NCBI GenBank assembly: GCA_965233865.1
Contig: OZ247587.1
Span: forward strand, 1,152,001 to 1,216,000
Length of the DNA stretch: 64,000 bases
Reading direction: 5' to 3'
Source: Candidatus Neptunichlamydia sp.
Lineage (GTDB): Bacteria; Chlamydiota; Chlamydiia; Chlamydiales; Simkaniaceae
Below, piece after piece: positions 61,734 to 64,000 of the stretch (position 1 is its first letter; every line of letters begins with the position of its first letter). A model generated the notes under the pieces. That model made no database searches. It saw only the letters and a program-made list of their open reading frames with translations, and was not told the DNA's origin. The translations under genes and the position numbers were made by a program.

Positions 61734-62900
61734 CTACTTTGGTACATTTCCAGTTACTCGATCTTGGATGCCCACTCCTACTCCCATAGCATGTACTATT
61801 GAAAATCCTAAGGACCCTACAGAAGTAGCCGCATATGTTGCTACGATCGCTGGTCCCGCTATAGGTCCAGCTCCCACTAATGCTGCTCCAGTCAATGCGT
61901 CGATAGCAATGATAGATACTACCCCACCTACAACTTTCACCGCTCCCAGTAATGGATTCTTGCGGGCAGGCACGGGATTAATTATGGCATTGCCTATTTC
62001 AGAAACTTGTTCTCTTAGAGTAAGATATTTCTTTTCTTCTGGAGCATTTACTGCTCTTTCAATTCTTTGTATAGCGTCTCTTTGTTGGATGTTTTCTACC
62101 CCAAGTGTTCTATTTTCATCCCTAACGGTTGTAACTTCTGCCTCAAGTGTTCTATTTTCATCCCTAACGGTTGTAACTTCTGCCTCAAGTGTTCTATTTT
62201 CATCCCTAACGGTTGTAACTTCTGCCTCAAGTGTTCTATTTTCATCCCTAACGGTTGTAACTTCTGCCTCAAGTTTTCCATTTTCATCCCTAACGGTTGT
62301 AACTTCTGCCTCAAGTTTTCCATTTTCATCCCTAACGGTTGTAACTTCTGCCTCAAGTTTTCCATTTTCATCCCTAACGGTTGTAACTTCTGCCTCAAGT
62401 TTTCCATTTTCATCCCTAACGGTTGTAACTTCTGCCTCTAGCTGACCATTTTTACCCCTAACGGTTGTAATTTCTTCCTTCAGCTGACCATTTTCAATCC
62501 TAAGCCCTTGGTTTTCTGTCTCAACGACCGTGAACCTTCCATGAAGTGCTTTATTCTCAGATTCAAGTACTGTCACTTTCTCCTTCAAAGGATCTGTTTC
62601 TAAAAGTACAATAGCTCTTATTTGCTCTATATGTGCGCTACTTATAGCTGAAGAAGAAAATGGATTCACAACAACAGCGTCTCCATCGTCCTTGTAGATG
62701 CCATTTGAAGAAGAAGAAGTTAGTGATCTTGAGGGAGAAACATCTCTTTGAAGAGTAAGAGTACTTTTGAATTCCTCTCCTTCTCTTTGAAAAAGACCAT
62801 CTGATGACGAGCCAAAAGATGATAAAAAAGGCTCTTTAATATTTTGATTTAGTAAGTTACTTGAGACATTTACACTTGTATTTCCTATTGGTGATGTCAT
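61734..62900 (-). CDS. Inc-like coiled-coil protein with a long C-terminal hydrophobic region
   Basis: GGAG RBS, MTSPIGNT start, 14-aa repeats and an ~60-aa hydrophobic tail. Confidence 0.7.
   Translation of the reverse strand: MTSPIGNTSVNVSSNLLNQNIKEPFLSSFGSSSDGLFQREGEEFKSTLTLQRDVSPSRSLTSSSSNGIYKDDGDAVVVNPFSSSAISSAHIEQIRAIVLLETDPLKEKVTVLESENKALHGRFTVVETENQGLRIENGQLKEEITTVRGKNGQLEAEVTTVRDENGKLEAEVTTVRDENGKLEAEVTTVRDENGKLEAEVTTVRDENGKLEAEVTTVRDENRTLEAEVTTVRDENRTLEAEVTTVRDENRTLEAEVTTVRDENRTLGVENIQQRDAIQRIERAVNAPEEKKYLTLREQVSEIGNAIINPVPARKNPLLGAVKVVGGVVSIIAIDALTGAALVGAGPIAGPAIVATYAATSVGSLGFSIVHAMGVGVGIQDRVTGNVPK
62103..62438 (-). repeat. In-frame 42-bp tandem repeat, 8 units plus a degenerate ninth to ~62480
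   Basis: EAEVTTVRDENGKL x4 then EAEVTTVRDENRTL x4. Confidence 0.95.
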
Positions 62901-63122
62901 TTGGAACTCCTTTGTTCGTTGTCTAATCATCTGAGTGTTTAAATTTTTATTTGCATTCCCTTAATAATTAAGCTTGAGCTTTCACTAAGATACTCCCATT
63001 GAACTTTTTTAGAGAAGAATAAACTTAAAACTCGATATCCGTCTCATGATATACTCCCTGCATTTCTACATGAAAATATTTTTAAAAATGCGAGAATTCA
63101 TGCCACGATTCAGCGTAAAATG

Positions 63123-63131
63123 TGTTATAAT
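63123..63131 (+). promoter_or_regulatory. Extended -10 promoter
   Basis: TG-t-TATAAT upstream of an AGGAG RBS and the ATG at 63150. Confidence 0.5.
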
Positions 63132-63149
63132 AGACACAAGGAGAACGAG

Positions 63150-63560
63150 ATGTCAGCCATAGCAATTACACCAACAAGCACCATCACTTATTTTGAACAA
63201 GCAATGCGATCACAGCTTGAAGCGCGAGCAGAATTAAAAGATCGAGAGATTGAAATACGCGAAATGAAAGCTCAAAAAACAATGAACGATAGGATAGTTG
63301 AGGAGCTTAGGCCTTTATGTGAAGAATTGTCTGGATATGCTTTAGATCCAGTGATGTATGAACCAATTAAAACTCCTTTAGTGATGCGTTGTAGCCATGC
63401 TTTAAGCGCGAAAGCTGTAGAAATGATTGGAAAAACAAAGGGCTTCACAATGGACGATAAAATCCCTTGTCCGATTTGTAGATCTGAAACAACGGGGCGG
63501 TTTTTCTTATATGACCAGTCATTTGACGAAACGGTAGGTTGTGTTGAGAAATTTCCATGA
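63150..63560 (+). CDS. U-box/RING-like protein, probably 3'-truncated by an IS5 insertion
   Basis: DPVMYEPIKTPLVMRCSH...CPICR; the stop lies at the IS boundary. Confidence 0.7.
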   Translation: MSAIAITPTSTITYFEQAMRSQLEARAELKDREIEIREMKAQKTMNDRIVEELRPLCEELSGYALDPVMYEPIKTPLVMRCSHALSAKAVEMIGKTKGFTMDDKIPCPICRSETTGRFFLYDQSFDETVGCVEKFP

Positions 63561-64000
63561 GTGGTGCAAGCTGACTTCCTGAAGAAGGAGATCTATATGC
63601 TATACCCGCATAAAATAAATGACCACGCCTGGTCGAAACTTTACGAATATCTGAGTAATTACCCCAAAATACACACAAATAACAAAGAGAAAACTCGTTG
63701 CTTTGTAGAGGCTGTATTTTGGATTGCCAAGAGCGGAGCACAATGGCGTTTGCTACCAAAGGAATATGGAGACTGGAATGCCGTCTATCATCGTTTTGCA
63801 GACTGGGCTGAACATGGTGTGTGGTACAAGATGCTCTACTATTTTTCAAATGATCCAGACATGGAATATATTATGATCGACAGTACAGTCCTCCGCGCTC
63901 ATGCCTGTGCCGCAGGAGCCAATAAAAAAAAACCGGAGGTCAAGACGAGCAGGCCTTAGGTCCATCCTGTGGAGGTTTTACGACTAAAATCCATAGTATC
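63559..64000 (+). mobile_element. IS5-family (IS427-group-like) element, runs off the window
   Basis: FWIAKSGAQWRLLPKEYGDW and IDSTVLRAH motifs; A9 run near 63924-63932 at the ORF1/ORF2 junction (GGFTTKIH in the next frame). Confidence 0.9.

Noticed and set aside
61627..62445. Plus-strand ORFs of 272, 124 and 115 aa over the repeats
   Set aside because: Antisense shadows of stop-free tandem repeats
61011..62480. Tandem repeats as a CRISPR array
   Set aside because: Units are contiguous, in frame and lack unique spacers; no cas genes are present

Overview
Chromosomal window of an environmental chlamydia. A Simkaniaceae-like lineage is inferred from the MOMP-type and Lpg1974-type porins, long GreA, duplicated-domain ThyX and a chlamydial gene neighbourhood (recB-recC-MFS, thyX, hemB, nqrA, greA, yggT-dusB). 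Core genes are interrupted by four decaying accessory islands (about 5.6-7.9, 32.1-35.8, 52.2-55.1 and 57.3-64 kb). These islands hold IS6/IS630/IS5/IS3/IS256 remnants, plasmid-like remnants (traD fragment, parA, resolvase) and candidate host-directed effectors: a trypsin protease fused to an Ntox50-like nuclease tip, a ParB/Srx-like toxin domain, RING-H2 and U-box-like E3 ligases, and an Inc-like coiled-coil protein with a VNTR. Two islands share an unexplained ~110-bp block-conserved noncoding element. Other points of note are a five-copy tandem array of 'WWW'-motif glycosyltransferase-like genes and mirror-image extreme GC skew in the separated recB and recD genes. No rRNA, tRNA or CRISPR array was recognised. 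All family assignments come from motif recognition by eye; no database searches were run.
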